Shown here: piece after piece, positions 63,661-64,000 of the stretch
Layout of the letters: the number at the start of each line of letters is the position of its first letter
Numbering within the stretch: the first letter of the stretch is position 1
Origin: Candidatus Gastranaerophilales bacterium
Lineage (GTDB): Bacteria; Cyanobacteriota; Vampirovibrionia; Gastranaerophilales; Gastranaerophilaceae
Direction of reading: 5' to 3'
DNA length: 64,000 nucleotides
Assembly: GCA_944325315.1 (NCBI GenBank)
Contig: CALVAA010000008.1
Location: 22,874-86,873 of the forward strand
Translations under genes and position numbers: made by a program
Notes under the pieces: model-generated
The model's input: only the letters and a program-made list of their open reading frames with translations
What the model was told of the DNA's origin: nothing
Databases searched by the model: none

Positions 63661-63888
63661 GCACCGGCTTTACGCATTCTTTGCTCCTGTCAAATTCGCC
63701 TTCGGCAAGAATTTGAAACGTCGCTATCGTAGTGCTTCGGGTCAAACTCAACGTTTGCCCCTCTCGCACCGGCTTTACGCATTCTTTGCTCCTGTCAAAT
63801 TCGCCTTCGGCAAGAATTTGAAACGTCGCTATCGTAGTGCTTCGGGTCAAACTCAACGTTTGCCCCTCTCGCACCGGCTTTACGCATT
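63661..63888 (-). repeat. 105-bp perfect tandem repeat (2 full copies plus an 18-bp partial copy), GC-rich double-hairpin unit
   Basis: 63661-63765 and 63766-63870 are identical base for base. 63871-63888 repeats the first 18 nt and overlaps the stop codon of the adjacent minus-strand CDS. Confidence 0.9.
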
Positions 63889-64000
63889 AAATTTGGATTT
63901 TTCTTCTTCACTTAAACCCTTAATTGTAAGATTCACTCTGCCTTTGTCATCTATCTTTTGAACTTTGACAATAACTTCTTGTCCAATTGAAAGATGGGGT
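63880..64000 (-). CDS. S1 RNA-binding domain protein, C-terminal fragment (PNPase-like C-terminus); 5' part outside window
   Basis: The minus-strand frame reads ...PHLSIGQEVIVKVQKIDDKGRVNLTIKGLSEEEKSKFNA*. The pattern GQEVxVKVxxxDxxGRxxL(S/T)IK is typical of S1 domains, including the E. coli PNPase C-terminus. Confidence 0.6.
   Translation of the reverse strand, partial: PHLSIGQEVIVKVQKIDDKGRVNLTIKGLSEEEKSKFNA

Noticed and set aside
63661-63888. Possible CRISPR array
   Set aside because: The copies are directly adjacent 105-bp units with no unique spacers. The repeat length is far above CRISPR repeats, and no cas genes are in the window.
63638-63961. A 107-aa plus-strand ORF and a 72-aa minus-strand ORF (63656-63874) with internally repeated protein sequence
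   Set aside because: Both exist only because the 105-bp repeat is a multiple of 3 and happens to lack stops. Their sequences are repeat-derived, they have no SD at the listed starts, and the region reads better as structured RNA in a 3' UTR.
1-64000. Mobile elements, prophage, defence islands, tRNA or rRNA genes
   Set aside because: No integrase, transposase or phage-like ORFs were seen. No inverted terminal repeats, cas genes or restriction-modification genes were seen. No tRNA-like GC-rich cloverleaf segments were noticed in any intergenic region. The STAND/TPR and ComM ATPases lack adjacent effector genes that would suggest a defence system.

Overview
AT-rich, very gene-dense bacterial chromosome segment with about 55 CDS and almost no spacers. 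No transposases, integrases, CRISPR arrays, rRNA or tRNA genes were seen. It comes from a flagellated diderm, since it carries fliFGHI, a BamA/Omp85 with a short POTRA region, PilM-N/PilO genes and a cluster of prepilin-like paralogs. That mix would fit a Melainabacteria-, Elusimicrobia- or Fusobacteria-like lineage, but this is an inference only. Recognisable housekeeping genes are glgX, a four-subunit 2-oxoacid:ferredoxin oxidoreductase, aroA, speE, pgk, a murT-like gene, a DUF2344-type gene followed by an RNase E/G gene, rsmG, rlmB, rpoD, trxB, a Zn-ADH, an M16 peptidase, a radical SAM/SPASM enzyme, comM and a GAF/HD-GYP protein. An SRP RNA lies at about 58.4 kb. The most unusual locus is a 10-kb, translationally coupled four-gene operon (25435-35502, minus strand). 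It encodes two paralogous multi-TM proteins with no domain I recognise, one of them 1084 aa with internal repeats, plus two highly divergent GH13 alpha-glucan enzymes. One GH13 enzyme is GlgE-like; the other is 1274 aa with a very large insertion. A P-loop/TPR protein is transcribed divergently from this operon. Other notable items are a perfect 105-bp tandem repeat of a double-hairpin element in a 3' UTR at the window end, pilin paralogs with Ala at position -1, an Hcp homolog that has lost its cluster ligands, and several candidate leaderless promoters.
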